Shown piece after piece: positions 1 to 9,267 of a stretch of DNA of 64,000 bases; positions within the stretch are counted from its first letter, which is position 1, and every line of letters starts with the position of its first letter. The translations under genes and the position numbers were made by a program. The stretch comes from a phage, in sequence record NC_111505.1; one strand, 5' to 3'. Under the pieces are notes generated by a model, which had not been told where the DNA came from, did not search any database, and saw nothing but the letters and a program-made list of their open reading frames with translations.

Positions 1-409
1 ACGACTCGGACCTGGTGCTTATAGCACGTTGTTGGGAGACGGTCAGACTGGGCGCATCGAGGTGCAAGAGGTTGCAACAATCCGAGGTCGAGATTTTTCT
101 GATCGTTGCATCATCTTAGTTGATGAGTTTCAGTTGACAACCTGTGCAGAGGCTTTGGCAATTGCCACACGGCTTGGTGAGCATGCACAAATGATTTGCA
201 TGGGAGACTTACGACAGAACGATCTTAAAGGCACCTCAGGACTTCAGTGGCTGATCGACTTCGTAACGAGGCACGAAATCAACGGTGTTGGTATCGTAGA
301 TTTTGACGAGCCAGAAGATGTGGTTCGCTCAGGTATTGGTAGACTGTTTGCACTAGGCCTTATGACTGACCGTAATAAAGGTGTGTGGACCCCTGAGGCA
401 GGTTTATAA
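1..409 (+). CDS. phoH: PhoH-like ATPase, C-terminal part (5' end lies upstream of the window)
   Basis: Frame open from window edge (codons from nt 2) to TAA 407-409; ...ILVDEFQ... and ...GTSGL... resemble the C-terminal half of PhoH-family proteins. Confidence 0.6.
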   Translation, partial: RLGPGAYSTLLGDGQTGRIEVQEVATIRGRDFSDRCIILVDEFQLTTCAEALAIATRLGEHAQMICMGDLRQNDLKGTSGLQWLIDFVTRHEINGVGIVDFDEPEDVVRSGIGRLFALGLMTDRNKGVWTPEAGL

Positions 410-421
410 TATATATAGGAG

Positions 422-445
422 AGAGGGTGATATTATTCACCCTCT
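422..445 (+). terminator. Stem-loop after phoH (AGAGGGTGA / TCACCCTCT, 6-nt loop)
   Basis: Perfect 9-bp inverted repeat followed by ATTTA; U-tract weak, so it may be an attenuator or stability element rather than a full terminator. Confidence 0.3.
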
Positions 446-452
446 ATTTAAA

Positions 453-1382
453 ATGCGTTTAGGAGAACAGTTATCACGAGAAGAAGTGTTTATCAAGAAA
501 GCTACTGATAAGCATGGTGACAAGTATGATTACTCCAAAGTTGTATACAAAAACAACACAACACCTGTGAATATAGTGTGCAACAAGTGTGGTACAGTTT
601 TTAGTAAAACTCCTAAGTCTCACCTTATAGGCGCAGGATGCCCAGATTGTAAGAACAGGGAGTTAAGTGAGAGATTCCGAATGTCCAAGGAGGAGTTTGT
701 AAAAAGGGCAACAGAACTGCACAAGGGAAAGTACGACTACTCTCTTGTAAAAAGTTTTTCTAACAGGAACGACATTGTTACTATTATTTGCCCCATCCAC
801 GGAGAGTTCAAGCAGACAGTTGCAAATCATTTATCTGGTGGGTGCTACAAGTGTGGAAAAAGAGCGGCAGCTAAAAAGATGAGGAAGTCTAAAGATAGAT
901 TCATAGAGGATGCTACTCAACTGCACGGAGACATATACGACTATTCAGAAGTGGAGTATGTGAATACCCACACTCCTGTAACCATTATCTGCAAGTCTTG
1001 CGGGTGTAAGTTTCTTCAACAGCCTGCAAACCACCTGTTCGGTAATGGTTGCCCAGAATGCTCTACTTCAGGATTCAGGCAGAGTACTAAAGAGAGCTGT
1101 CTGTACCTTCTTGTTGATGATCTTACCATTCCCACGGTTATAAAAGTTGGGGTGACTATCAATCTACAAAGCAGACTATACAACATAAGAAGGAACACAA
1201 ATTTTCCTGTTCACGTGCTTAAAGTATTTACTTTCGAACAGGGGTGTGCTACCATGCAGCTTGAAAAATTGGTGCATAAAGTCTTTGCAGATCGCAACTG
1301 CCACTTCGAAGGTTTCGACGGGGCAACGGAGTGGTTCTGGTACTCTCATGATATTGTAGGGTTTCTAGAAGACAATTGTTGA
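453..1382 (+). CDS. T5orf172 (GIY-YIG-like) domain protein with three N-terminal Cys-rich zinc-ribbon repeats
   Basis: ATG 453 is in frame with track ORF 381-1382 (track start is GTG); three repeats of KYDYS...C..CG...HL.G.GCP.C; C-terminus ...GFDGATEWF... resembles T5orf172/MUG113-type domain; no clear SD. Confidence 0.5.
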   Translation: MRLGEQLSREEVFIKKATDKHGDKYDYSKVVYKNNTTPVNIVCNKCGTVFSKTPKSHLIGAGCPDCKNRELSERFRMSKEEFVKRATELHKGKYDYSLVKSFSNRNDIVTIICPIHGEFKQTVANHLSGGCYKCGKRAAAKKMRKSKDRFIEDATQLHGDIYDYSEVEYVNTHTPVTIICKSCGCKFLQQPANHLFGNGCPECSTSGFRQSTKESCLYLLVDDLTIPTVIKVGVTINLQSRLYNIRRNTNFPVHVLKVFTFEQGCATMQLEKLVHKVFADRNCHFEGFDGATEWFWYSHDIVGFLEDNC

Positions 1383-1407
1383 CAAACAGATAAGCTTTAG
1401 ATATTAT
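1380..1407 (+). promoter_or_regulatory. Sigma70-like promoter TTGACA-N17-TATTAT
   Basis: TTGACA at about 1379-1384, 17-nt spacer, TATTAT at 1402-1407, just upstream of the SD and ATG at 1438. Confidence 0.55.
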
Positions 1408-1437
1408 TATTGGACAAAACAAGGAGAAGGGCACAGC

Positions 1438-1749
1438 ATGGCTACAATACAAGAGAGACTGAATAAAATATACTGCCTGTTTGTCTATAACGGTGAGACA
1501 ATTTTGGCAAATAAGGGATCCAAGAATGTGTGGACCAAGGACAGTGGTGGTAACATAATCAACTTAGCGTTGCTACGTGAGCGCAGACACAGATTCTTTA
1601 TCGAGTCTCGGATTATTGAAAGCAGTACCTGCTACAGAACAGGCGATAAAGTAATTGTTGACAATGATACGTGGTATGTGGTAGACTGGCAATCACTGAG
1701 CTGTGATGCTTCTGACAATCGTAAGTATTCTATAGTGATTGCTAAATAA
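1438..1749 (+). CDS. hypothetical protein (103 aa)
   Basis: ATG with SD AAGGAGAAGG 8 nt upstream. Confidence 0.6.
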   Translation: MATIQERLNKIYCLFVYNGETILANKGSKNVWTKDSGGNIINLALLRERRHRFFIESRIIESSTCYRTGDKVIVDNDTWYVVDWQSLSCDASDNRKYSIVIAK

Positions 1750-1809
1750 AGGTAAATGTGAATCAGGTTTAAATAAATAGCTTTCAACTTCCAATATTAA
1801 GGATTTCTC

Positions 1810-2859
1810 ATGAATTTAACACCTCGCAGCACCATGGTACACGGCATGAAAGAAAAACAGAACGGTTTCGAACCTATGAGTAATAAAATGTTTGGTATGC
1901 CGGGTGGTATTATGGAAACATACAGCTACCCAACACCTGTTGTTGACCACGTTCTTTATATCGACGATTTGGACGACCTGCAAGATCATATGTCTCGTCT
2001 ACAGACGATCCGTATGGCTCAGCCAGAAGAAAGTATCCGTGTAATCATTAACAGTCCTGGCGGTTGCGTTCACATTGCTATGGCGTATTTGCAGGCATTC
2101 CGTGAGTCTCAGGCAAGCGTTGTTGTACACGCTGAAGGGATGTGCTGCTCGGCAGGAACAATCTTATGGCTGGGTTGCAAAGAACGAACTGTGGCTCCGG
2201 ACACAGAATTTATGTTCCACTACTATCAAGGTGGCACCTATGGTAACGGTGTGAACATGAATACCCAGATCAACTACTGGAAGAAACGTTTTGAACGCCT
2301 GATTGAAAAATACTATGGTGGGGTGTTAACAGAAGATGAGATCGCATCCATCACAGCTGGCGGTGAAGTGTGGTTAGATGGAGAAGAGCTGGCATCTAGA
2401 ACTGGTGCTATCATTCTGGACGATGAAAACATTCAGCGCATTCAGAATGGACAGAAACCGAAAAAGCTTTTGGCAAAAAGTGATGAAGAAGGTGTGCTAG
2501 GCGAAGCAGGCCTGCCAGAGATTCACCAATGCACATCTTTGGACGAGCTGGTTCATGCTGTTGAGTCTGCAAAAGAAAATGGTATGAAAGGTGATGTTCA
2601 CACTGTGTTCCTGAATCTGCAGATGGAGAGTGGTGAGACCGTTAAGATTGCACTGGGTGAGATTACCTCGGAAGATCTGCAGCGATTCTCTGTGGTAGAG
2701 CTTCAGGACATTTTGTCCCAATTGAAAACCACCCTGAACGGAGGCGAAGAAGTTCAGGTGAAAGATAAGACCCGTAAGCGTCTGGTGGACAATATTATTA
2801 AAACAGCAAAAGAGCTCAATGAAAAAATCCTGGGCGCAGGAATTGTCGAAGAAGCTTAA
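1810..2859 (+). CDS. ClpP-like (S14 family) serine protease with C-terminal extension
   Basis: ...VIINSPGG... and ...CCSAGT... resemble ClpP signature regions; ATG with AAGGA 7 nt upstream. Confidence 0.6.
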   Translation: MNLTPRSTMVHGMKEKQNGFEPMSNKMFGMPGGIMETYSYPTPVVDHVLYIDDLDDLQDHMSRLQTIRMAQPEESIRVIINSPGGCVHIAMAYLQAFRESQASVVVHAEGMCCSAGTILWLGCKERTVAPDTEFMFHYYQGGTYGNGVNMNTQINYWKKRFERLIEKYYGGVLTEDEIASITAGGEVWLDGEELASRTGAIILDDENIQRIQNGQKPKKLLAKSDEEGVLGEAGLPEIHQCTSLDELVHAVESAKENGMKGDVHTVFLNLQMESGETVKIALGEITSEDLQRFSVVELQDILSQLKTTLNGGEEVQVKDKTRKRLVDNIIKTAKELNEKILGAGIVEEA

Positions 2860-2870
2860 ACATTAATTCT

Positions 2871-2896
2871 AAAGCCCTCTTCGGAGGGCTTTTATG
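2871..2896 (+). terminator. Rho-independent terminator
   Basis: AAAGCCCTC-TTCG-GAGGGCTTT hairpin followed by TTTAT, directly after the protease stop codon. Confidence 0.7.
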
Positions 2897-2910
2897 ATCT
2901 GGAGATTTGC

Positions 2911-3444
2911 ATGACTTGTGCTAGAAAACCTGATGAACAACGTAACGCTTACGATGAGTATGTGACACCGGAGTGGTGTGCAGAAGGGCTGTATGACCTT
3001 ATTCCGTTCCCAGAAGACTGGACTTACTTAGAGCCTTGCAGGAATAGTGCCTCAGGTGTGTTCTACTCCCGTATGCCGTTAGGATCCGCATGGGGAGAAA
3101 TTCAAGAAGGTGTTGACTATCTGAATACAGAATACAACCATGTTGACTGTATTATCACCAACCCGCCGTACAGCCTGGCTCGTGAGTTTGTGGACAAGGC
3201 GTTGAAAGATGCCGATGTAGTTATTATGCTTTTGCGTCTTAATTTTCTGGAAAGCAAAGCCAGATTTGAATGGTGGCTTGATAATGCACCTACCACTGTG
3301 ATCACAATATCTAAGCGTCCATCATTCCAATCGAATGGCAGAACTGACGGGCAAGCATATGCATATTTTGTGTGGGACAAGAAGAACCGTTTAGACCTGC
3401 CGCCATTTATGTGGTTGGCACCTCCAGAGGTAGACCTGAAATGA
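2911..3444 (+). CDS. DNA N6-adenine (or N4-cytosine) methyltransferase
   Basis: Catalytic ...DCIITNPPY... motif; ATG with GGAG 7 nt upstream. Confidence 0.6.
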   Translation: MTCARKPDEQRNAYDEYVTPEWCAEGLYDLIPFPEDWTYLEPCRNSASGVFYSRMPLGSAWGEIQEGVDYLNTEYNHVDCIITNPPYSLAREFVDKALKDADVVIMLLRLNFLESKARFEWWLDNAPTTVITISKRPSFQSNGRTDGQAYAYFVWDKKNRLDLPPFMWLAPPEVDLK

Positions 3445-3725
3445 AAATGAGTGCTAAGGACAAGTTGCACCAGTTAGCGCTAAAACGTCCTGTAACGCTT
3501 CCTGACGAGCTTAACTCCATTTATGATGCGATTGTAGGGGAGATACAAAATAAAGCGTTAGCAGGCTTTCTGGGATGTGGATTTTCGATAAATCTACCCT
3601 CGCACCTCTCAGACTACTTCCCACACATCGTTGGGGATTTGAGGGCAGGAGGTTTGCAGGTGGATGTTGTTGGCATCTCTCCGGAGAAAAATAACACGGT
3701 TGCCTACTTGACAGTGACCTGGTAG
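3441..3725 (+). CDS. hypothetical protein (94 aa)
   Basis: ATG 3441 overlaps the MTase stop (ATGA coupling); in frame with track ORF 3372-3725. Confidence 0.55.
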   Translation: MKMSAKDKLHQLALKRPVTLPDELNSIYDAIVGEIQNKALAGFLGCGFSINLPSHLSDYFPHIVGDLRAGGLQVDVVGISPEKNNTVAYLTVTW

Positions 3726-3761
3726 TAGTGTATTTTGTTTTCAACAAGAGGGGGGTCATCT

Positions 3762-4001
3762 ATGTATAAGTCATTTTCAATTTACTCAAGACAGGCAAAA
3801 CACTACACGGAGATTCTGATCACTCAGAAAAAGTCTGTAGAAGGTGAGTGGGAATATCATCATAAAATGTTGCGTCCAGACTGGGTTTTTGATAGACTTA
3901 TTGCTATGATCCCTCTTGGAGAAGTATACCCTCTGACAGGTCATAGGGATGCTTGGGATTTAATTGATTACATAGATTCATTTAAGGAGCCCGGTGTATG
4001 A
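3762..4001 (+). CDS. hypothetical protein (79 aa)
   Basis: Track ORF begins at TTG 3735; first ATG at 3762 has SD AGAGGGGGG. Confidence 0.55.
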   Translation: MYKSFSIYSRQAKHYTEILITQKKSVEGEWEYHHKMLRPDWVFDRLIAMIPLGEVYPLTGHRDAWDLIDYIDSFKEPGV

Positions 4002-4396
4002 AGATTGAGATCACTAAAGAAGGTAAGAAAGTGTCTGGCGATTATGCAACAGTAATTCGGGATGTAATGTTTGAAGTAACCCAGATTGGTACGTCTAAGG
4101 TTGGTCAAACGGTAAGTGTGCAAGGTAATATTGCCACAGGTGAAAAGATAATCATCGTGATCAAAGGACAAGACCCTGTGGAAGGAACAGTGGGCCGAGG
4201 AGGCTACCTGTGCATTTCTGAAGAACCGCGTATGCTGGTTGCTGATGACTCCACAGGTAAAAAGCGGGTATGTAACACGGACGAGGTGATGATTATCTAT
4301 CCAGTCAACCCAGATGATCCGGCAACATGGATTGTGGGAAATGAAATCTTCTCTTTAGAAGAGTTATCCTTCCCAGCCCCGCGCTCTGTTCAGTAA
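3998..4396 (+). CDS. hypothetical protein (132 aa)
   Basis: ATG with AAGGAG 8 nt upstream; overlaps previous stop by 4 nt. Confidence 0.6.
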   Translation: MKIEITKEGKKVSGDYATVIRDVMFEVTQIGTSKVGQTVSVQGNIATGEKIIIVIKGQDPVEGTVGRGGYLCISEEPRMLVADDSTGKKRVCNTDEVMIIYPVNPDDPATWIVGNEIFSLEELSFPAPRSVQ

Positions 4397-4435
4397 TAAT
4401 TTATCTTACCAGGGACGGTAGAAGTAGGAGGTAGC

Positions 4436-4669
4436 ATGAAAGTTAAATTTCTTACAGATTTAGGGTACCCTTCCTTGGTTGACTGCGTTGGTAAAATTGT
4501 GGAAGCAAAACGACTATCTGCAAACGATAATGTTGTCATGGTTAAGGGAAAAGATTTACTATCTGCAGGTGCAGAGTCTGGCAGGATCTCTCCTGACTAT
4601 ACGTATTACCTGTCTTTAAGTAATCTACCAGAACGAGGCGGCAAAGGTCTTGAAGTTGTGGAGGAGTGA
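4436..4669 (+). CDS. small acidic protein, MKVK...VEIVE paralog family
   Basis: ATG with AGGAGG SD; N-terminal MKVKFL and C-terminal ...LEVVEE shared with at least 9 other ORFs in the window. Confidence 0.6.
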   Translation: MKVKFLTDLGYPSLVDCVGKIVEAKRLSANDNVVMVKGKDLLSAGAESGRISPDYTYYLSLSNLPERGGKGLEVVEE

Positions 4670-4674
4670 CAGGT

Positions 4675-5193
4675 ATGCTGCTAGTTGATTGGAAAGATTT
4701 TTATGGCGACAAAGACCCGAAAGCATTTATATATAAGCCTTGGAGATACTCAGAAAGTCAAATTGCTGCAATAAACCTTACAGCAAAGCGCCGAAAAATT
4801 ATCGAAAGTAAATATAGATACGCTCAGCTGGTAGCTGGTGTTTCTCCACAGGTAGAGAGTTTTGTGCTTAAACTGTACGAAAAGTTTATGAGTTACGATC
4901 TGTCATTCGTGAAGGTTGGTGATGATTTATCTCCTGGTAACAACGTAACCCGTTGGAAAGTTTCGTGTGACAAAAAACTCCCGATCAGTATTGAGGTGTG
5001 TCGATACTGGGGGTATCATGAGTGTGGATTTTATGACTACCATGATGTGGAAATAAAGCCACGCAATCATCTAAGCGACCCAGAAAAAGATTACTTGAAG
5101 CATGTGATTCTTTCCATGTTTGGAGGGTACATCACAGAGAAAAATAGCGAAGACAGAATATCCTTTCTTAACAGTTTGAACCAAGAGATGTAG
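4675..5193 (+). CDS. hypothetical protein (172 aa)
   Basis: Track start is GTG 4666; ATG 4675 has GGAGGAG 8 nt upstream. Confidence 0.55.
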   Translation: MLLVDWKDFYGDKDPKAFIYKPWRYSESQIAAINLTAKRRKIIESKYRYAQLVAGVSPQVESFVLKLYEKFMSYDLSFVKVGDDLSPGNNVTRWKVSCDKKLPISIEVCRYWGYHECGFYDYHDVEIKPRNHLSDPEKDYLKHVILSMFGGYITEKNSEDRISFLNSLNQEM

Positions 5194-5194
5194 T

Positions 5195-5431
5195 ATGACT
5201 ATAGACACTGTGCTGGTTTGGTATTGCGCATTGACCTTTCTGACAATGGTTGTTTTAGCAACTCTTTGCATCATATCTTGTAGAAAAATTAAGTTTGACG
5301 ACTTTATAACTATAATCACTGCCGCACCTTTTTGGCCTGTCGTTCTCTTCATTGTTGTTATGTGCTTGGTAGATCACTGTAAAACCGTCAGAAAAATGAA
5401 GGAGGCAGATAGGAATGGTAACAGTGACTGA
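5195..5431 (+). CDS. small membrane protein (2 predicted TM helices)
   Basis: ATG 5195; hydrophobic stretches; weak SD. Confidence 0.5.
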   Translation: MTIDTVLVWYCALTFLTMVVLATLCIISCRKIKFDDFITIITAAPFWPVVLFIVVMCLVDHCKTVRKMKEADRNGNSD

Positions 5432-5545
5432 AACTGTTTATACTGTTCTTAGGGAGATTGCATTCTATACAGACCTTAGTTTAGCATCTTCATGGGAAAA
5501 GAGTATGTATTTAAAATGGTGCGTGAAATTAGAGGGGGCCTTCTA

Positions 5546-5665
5546 ATGTTTCAAGCCATGTTTATTGAAATGCTCTCCGGAGTATTATTGCTGGTAGCCA
5601 TTTTGGGTGGTGCGGCGCTAATGTATAATTATCTTGAAAAAGGGGACAGTAATGACAAAAAATAA
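5546..5665 (+). CDS. candidate 39-aa hydrophobic peptide (below track cutoff)
   Basis: ATG with AGAGGGGG SD; MFQAMFIEMLSGVLLLVAILGGAALMYNYLEKGDSNDKK. Confidence 0.3.
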   Translation: MFQAMFIEMLSGVLLLVAILGGAALMYNYLEKGDSNDKK

Positions 5666-5837
5666 ATCCTTAGAACAGGCTGAAAACCTTCTCCACGAGC
5701 TGGTAAAGGAGTGGAAAGTTGAATACTCAGATTTTAATGCAAGAGAGGGGGAAGATTATTGGCCTACGGAGCGTTCAGAAGGAGAGTGGTATCAAGATTT
5801 CATAGAATGGTTATATCAGACGTGCGATGAGGGGTGA
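5652..5837 (+). CDS. hypothetical protein (61 aa)
   Basis: Track start is TTG 5634; ATG 5652 preceded by AAAAAGGGGA. Confidence 0.5.
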   Translation: MTKNKSLEQAENLLHELVKEWKVEYSDFNAREGEDYWPTERSEGEWYQDFIEWLYQTCDEG

Positions 5838-5839
5838 AG

Positions 5840-6295
5840 ATGTTTGTTAAATATGTAAAAACGTGCCTCAACAACCTTGGTAGAGAGCATTGGTACACCT
5901 TGCTTGAAAAAGGAGAAATTTTAACAAAATCTGGAAAGATAACTCTGAGACCATTGGACGATAAAGACCCGTCACTACTTGTCATAGATGATTACGTCAC
6001 AGGTGTGTCGTACGAGGTTTCTGTGGAGAGGTTAATACGCAGATCTGGAGGTCCTTGTGATCGAAGAGAGTATGTTTTCGATTCTGTTACAGAGAAGGAA
6101 GATCCGTCTCTAATGTTTAGGATGGTAATCAGAGATATGAAATCATCTATGAATAGGATCGTGAAGGACATTAAGGAGCCTTTTTGGGTAAAAGTTAAGA
6201 AGTTTTTTGATTCTAAGATTAATATACTCGCCGTTGTGCTAGGCGTAATTCAACTTCTGTTAATTTTGCACTATCTTGAACTGTTGTTCAAGTAG
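5840..6295 (+). CDS. hypothetical protein with C-terminal TM helix
   Basis: Track start is GTG 5834; ATG 5840 preceded by GAGGGG. Confidence 0.55.
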   Translation: MFVKYVKTCLNNLGREHWYTLLEKGEILTKSGKITLRPLDDKDPSLLVIDDYVTGVSYEVSVERLIRRSGGPCDRREYVFDSVTEKEDPSLMFRMVIRDMKSSMNRIVKDIKEPFWVKVKKFFDSKINILAVVLGVIQLLLILHYLELLFK

Positions 6296-6355
6296 TGTGC
6301 AACTAGGCACAAAGGATGTGCCATGATTAAATAAACTAAGAAAGAGGTAGAGAGA

Positions 6356-6703
6356 ATGCCAAAGATTAAGTCGATATTAATGTGGGCAGTTGTTGTAGCT
6401 TTTGTAGGATACTGGACTTGGAAAACTGAATTAAAAGATATCGGATATACCAGTCTTGAGAGCAAGGCATGCATTGGCATAACCGATGCATTCAGGCAAA
6501 ATGCTATGGATCACGAATGTGTCGATGCAGATATAGATGAGAAACTGTCTAAGGACAAGGATTTTTACCATGGTCATGCCTTGCTTGATAGTGGTGACAC
6601 TGTAGAATTCTGGTCGTGGTTCCGTGAAGATGGAACAATAAAGACAGCAGTAAAGATTTCCAACAAAGAGTTAATGCTGTTGCAACAGAAGGAGGTGCAA
6701 TGA
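6356..6703 (+). CDS. hypothetical protein with N-terminal signal/TM segment
   Basis: ATG with AAAGAGG SD; MPKIKSILMWAVVVAFVGYW... Confidence 0.6.
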   Translation: MPKIKSILMWAVVVAFVGYWTWKTELKDIGYTSLESKACIGITDAFRQNAMDHECVDADIDEKLSKDKDFYHGHALLDSGDTVEFWSWFREDGTIKTAVKISNKELMLLQQKEVQ

Positions 6704-6987
6704 TTTGGATATCCTACGCTGATGGCACCATGCTGTATACTGCAGGTACTAGGTATGAAGTTCAGGAGGACGATAAAAAATTTATCGTAAAAACATTTGA
6801 CAAGGACGACAACCTTTTGTTAGAATTGACTTACAAGGTTGGGGAGGTATCTAGCATCCAATTGGATTGCGGTCATAAAGATAACCCGCTCAAGAAACCT
6901 GGGGTAGGTAAAGCTTCAGAAGAACGCCTGTCTCGTATTGCAGAAAGCGTTTCTGCACAAAAATCTAAGAAGGGGACTAGAAAATGA
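6700..6987 (+). CDS. hypothetical protein (95 aa)
   Basis: ATG with AAGGAGG SD; 4-nt overlap with upstream gene. Confidence 0.6.
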   Translation: MIWISYADGTMLYTAGTRYEVQEDDKKFIVKTFDKDDNLLLELTYKVGEVSSIQLDCGHKDNPLKKPGVGKASEERLSRIAESVSAQKSKKGTRK

Positions 6988-7178
6988 AAAACTTACGTTT
7001 TAACACTTATTACTACAACACTTTGAATGATTTGTATTATATTGTTCGAAGTAAAAGTCCTGAAACAGTACTATTCTGCCGCGAACCTTTCAAAGGTGAG
7101 GAAGTAGAGTCTGAAATGAATGTTAGCCATATTACCTCTTTGTTGCTCTCTGGCACAATGGAAGAAGCAATATTCTAA
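6984..7178 (+). CDS. hypothetical protein (64 aa)
   Basis: ATG with AAGGGGA SD; ATGA overlap. Confidence 0.55.
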   Translation: MKNLRFNTYYYNTLNDLYYIVRSKSPETVLFCREPFKGEEVESEMNVSHITSLLLSGTMEEAIF

Positions 7179-7196
7179 ACCGGACGGGAGGGTTTT

Positions 7197-7394
7197 ATGA
7201 AGCACTATTGCCTGTTTGGTAGGATGGGTGTAGATTGTGATTGGGTTTTCTTAAAACTTGTCAGCATCCGAGAGTCAATCCCAGAAGAAGAGCAAGAAAG
7301 TGAGCTGATGGCATGGATCAACTATTACGGCAACACTTTCAGGTATGTCAAAATGGAAGGGCTGCCAAGCGAGGCTGAAGATGAAACTGTTTGA
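7197..7394 (+). CDS. hypothetical protein (65 aa)
   Basis: ATG with GGGAGGG SD. Confidence 0.5.
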   Translation: MKHYCLFGRMGVDCDWVFLKLVSIRESIPEEEQESELMAWINYYGNTFRYVKMEGLPSEAEDETV

Positions 7395-7665
7395 GTGGTT
7401 TAAAAAGTTTAAATACCGAGCCGTTGCTGTATCGAAATGGACCGTCCGCTGGGTGGACGATGGTGGAACACAAATTCCAGGTGATCAGGATACCGGATAC
7501 TGGGTTATGATGGAGAACGGATTTGGGAAAAGGAAGTTTAAATGTGTTGGTGCTCCTACTCTTTTAAATGTTAGAAGTGTGCCAGGGTACAGCACTATGG
7601 TTGTTTGGGAGCTATCCGGTGTTCCTCCTGCCAATGTGCAATATCTGCCAAACCCAGAAAAATAA
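7381..7665 (+). CDS. hypothetical protein (94 aa)
   Basis: In-frame ATG 7381 with GAGG SD chosen over track ATG 7345 to limit overlap with the upstream gene. Confidence 0.5.
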   Translation: MKLFEWFKKFKYRAVAVSKWTVRWVDDGGTQIPGDQDTGYWVMMENGFGKRKFKCVGAPTLLNVRSVPGYSTMVVWELSGVPPANVQYLPNPEK

Positions 7666-7677
7666 AAGGAGAAGATA

Positions 7678-7962
7678 ATGAGCAATGGTGTCAGTAACAG
7701 TGCTGCAGAGTTTAAAGTGATCTGTAAAGGAACTTATTGGATAGTGAAACAGAAGGTGTACCTATTCGGCTTCATACCGTTTTGGCAGAGATTTTGCTGG
7801 GGAGCTAACGAGCTTAAGAGATACGCCACCAAGGCTATGGCACTTATTGGTATAGCTGAATACATTGCTGCCAGGGACAGAGAGGGGAAAACTTGTTACT
7901 ACACTGCTGACGAGATTCGCAACAGTGTTTACGTTCCACAACCGCCCGATGGAGACCGCTGA
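7678..7962 (+). CDS. hypothetical protein (94 aa)
   Basis: ATG with AAAAGGAGAAG SD. Confidence 0.55.
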   Translation: MSNGVSNSAAEFKVICKGTYWIVKQKVYLFGFIPFWQRFCWGANELKRYATKAMALIGIAEYIAARDREGKTCYYTADEIRNSVYVPQPPDGDR

Positions 7963-8195
7963 TGAAAGTGAAAGTTTTAGATTCAAACTTCTATATTGGT
8001 CAAGAGCCTTTAGTTGGAAAAGTGTTTACCGCTGTCCCTAACGAAGATTATCCTGACCTTTTAAAAATAAAGGGTGCAGATCTTATTGCCGCTGGAGCAT
8101 CTCAGGACTGCTTTGACAGTCAGTGGACCTACAACTTTGCCCTAGGGGAGGATGTGGAGATAGTGGAGGACGATCATGAAGGTCAAAATTCTTGA
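7962..8195 (+). CDS. small acidic protein, MKVK...VEIVE paralog family
   Basis: MKVKVLDSNFYIGQ...DVEIVED; paralogous to the adjacent 8176-8430 ORF. Confidence 0.6.
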   Translation: MKVKVLDSNFYIGQEPLVGKVFTAVPNEDYPDLLKIKGADLIAAGASQDCFDSQWTYNFALGEDVEIVEDDHEGQNS

Positions 8196-8430
8196 TTCTA
8201 ACGTCTACTTGGGGCAATCCTTTCTTAAAGGGAAGGTTGTACCTGCGGTGTACTTTGAATGGTTGCCTGACAACGATCCTGTGCGTCAGAAGCATTCCAC
8301 TGTATCACACGGTGTGGTATTTATTCGCGGGTTAGACCTGATCAAAGCTGGTGTCCCCAAGTATTACTTTGGGGAAGAACATTACTATGCCTTCGGTGTA
8401 GGAACAGACGTAGAGATTGTGGAGCGGTAG
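8176..8430 (+). CDS. small acidic protein, MKVK...VEIVE paralog family
   Basis: MKVKILDSNVYLGQ...DVEIVER; ATG with GGAGGA SD. Confidence 0.6.
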   Translation: MKVKILDSNVYLGQSFLKGKVVPAVYFEWLPDNDPVRQKHSTVSHGVVFIRGLDLIKAGVPKYYFGEEHYYAFGVGTDVEIVER

Positions 8431-8431
8431 T

Positions 8432-8830
8432 ATGAAGAACAAGCTTTTCAAAGTAACAATGAAAATTCGCGGAGCTTGGAGCGTAAAGCAAGGACGTATC
8501 CCAGAATTTGAGAAAGACTTCTACGTAGTCTCCACCTCGGAGGAGGCTGCATGCTGGCAGGCTGGCTATGCCTATGCAAGAACCTGGTACGAAGGGTACC
8601 AGACTGGGGGCTATGACGGAGAAATTGTCAGCAAGGGTGTGGAAGAAATTAATGTGTTGACAAGTGAAAAAGTTTTTGTTATAGTGCATCCAGATTCCAG
8701 AGTGAAGCATTACTGGAATGCCAGAACAAAAACTTGGACACCGTTTGCAGATTCTGCTACACCACTTTTAAACCAAAAAGCTCTTGACTCTGCCCCGAGC
8801 TACGGGGTTGTTGAAGAAAAGCTAGACTGA
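8432..8830 (+). CDS. hypothetical protein, paralog of 10646-11041
   Basis: Track start is TTG 8417; ATG 8432 has GGAG SD; shares ...HP.S...YW......WTP... block with the 10646 ORF. Confidence 0.6.
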   Translation: MKNKLFKVTMKIRGAWSVKQGRIPEFEKDFYVVSTSEEAACWQAGYAYARTWYEGYQTGGYDGEIVSKGVEEINVLTSEKVFVIVHPDSRVKHYWNARTKTWTPFADSATPLLNQKALDSAPSYGVVEEKLD

Positions 8831-8847
8831 AACAGTGAGGTGCCACT

Positions 8848-9138
8848 ATGATGGATTTAGTTCTGAATATTGATAACGCAGGAGAGTTTAAAGACGATGG
8901 TGTAACAAGCATTGACCAACCATGCTCTGCCAAGATTGACTCAAAATGGACCCACAAGTTTGACGGAGAGATCTTCGCAAATGATGAGAAGGTTGTAGAT
9001 GCTGCAGCCATTTTGAACGCCCTAGGGTACGACCCTGTGAATTCTTTGATCAAGGATCCTGTTGAGTTTGCAGAGTATGTTCGAAAAATGGCAGATCTTG
9101 CTGTAGATATTTTAGATACTATCGATAATAAGCTGTAA
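8848..9138 (+). CDS. hypothetical acidic protein (96 aa)
   Basis: ATG with GAGG SD. Confidence 0.6.
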   Translation: MMDLVLNIDNAGEFKDDGVTSIDQPCSAKIDSKWTHKFDGEIFANDEKVVDAAAILNALGYDPVNSLIKDPVEFAEYVRKMADLAVDILDTIDNKL

Positions 9139-9144
9139 AAACTG

Positions 9145-9173
9145 TTGACACAACGCTTCAGCTATAGTATTAT
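9145..9173 (+). promoter_or_regulatory. Sigma70-like promoter TTGACA-N17-TATTAT
   Basis: Consensus -35 and near-consensus -10; followed by hairpin AAGAGAGA..TCTCTCTT (9182-9207) and SD AAGGAG. Confidence 0.6.
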
Positions 9174-9267
9174 TGTTTTCAAAGAGAGATGGTTGTTATT
9201 CTCTCTTCCTTAAAAGGAGCACGTTATGCAAATTTAAATCACTGGCAACGTAGAAATCACTGAAGGT

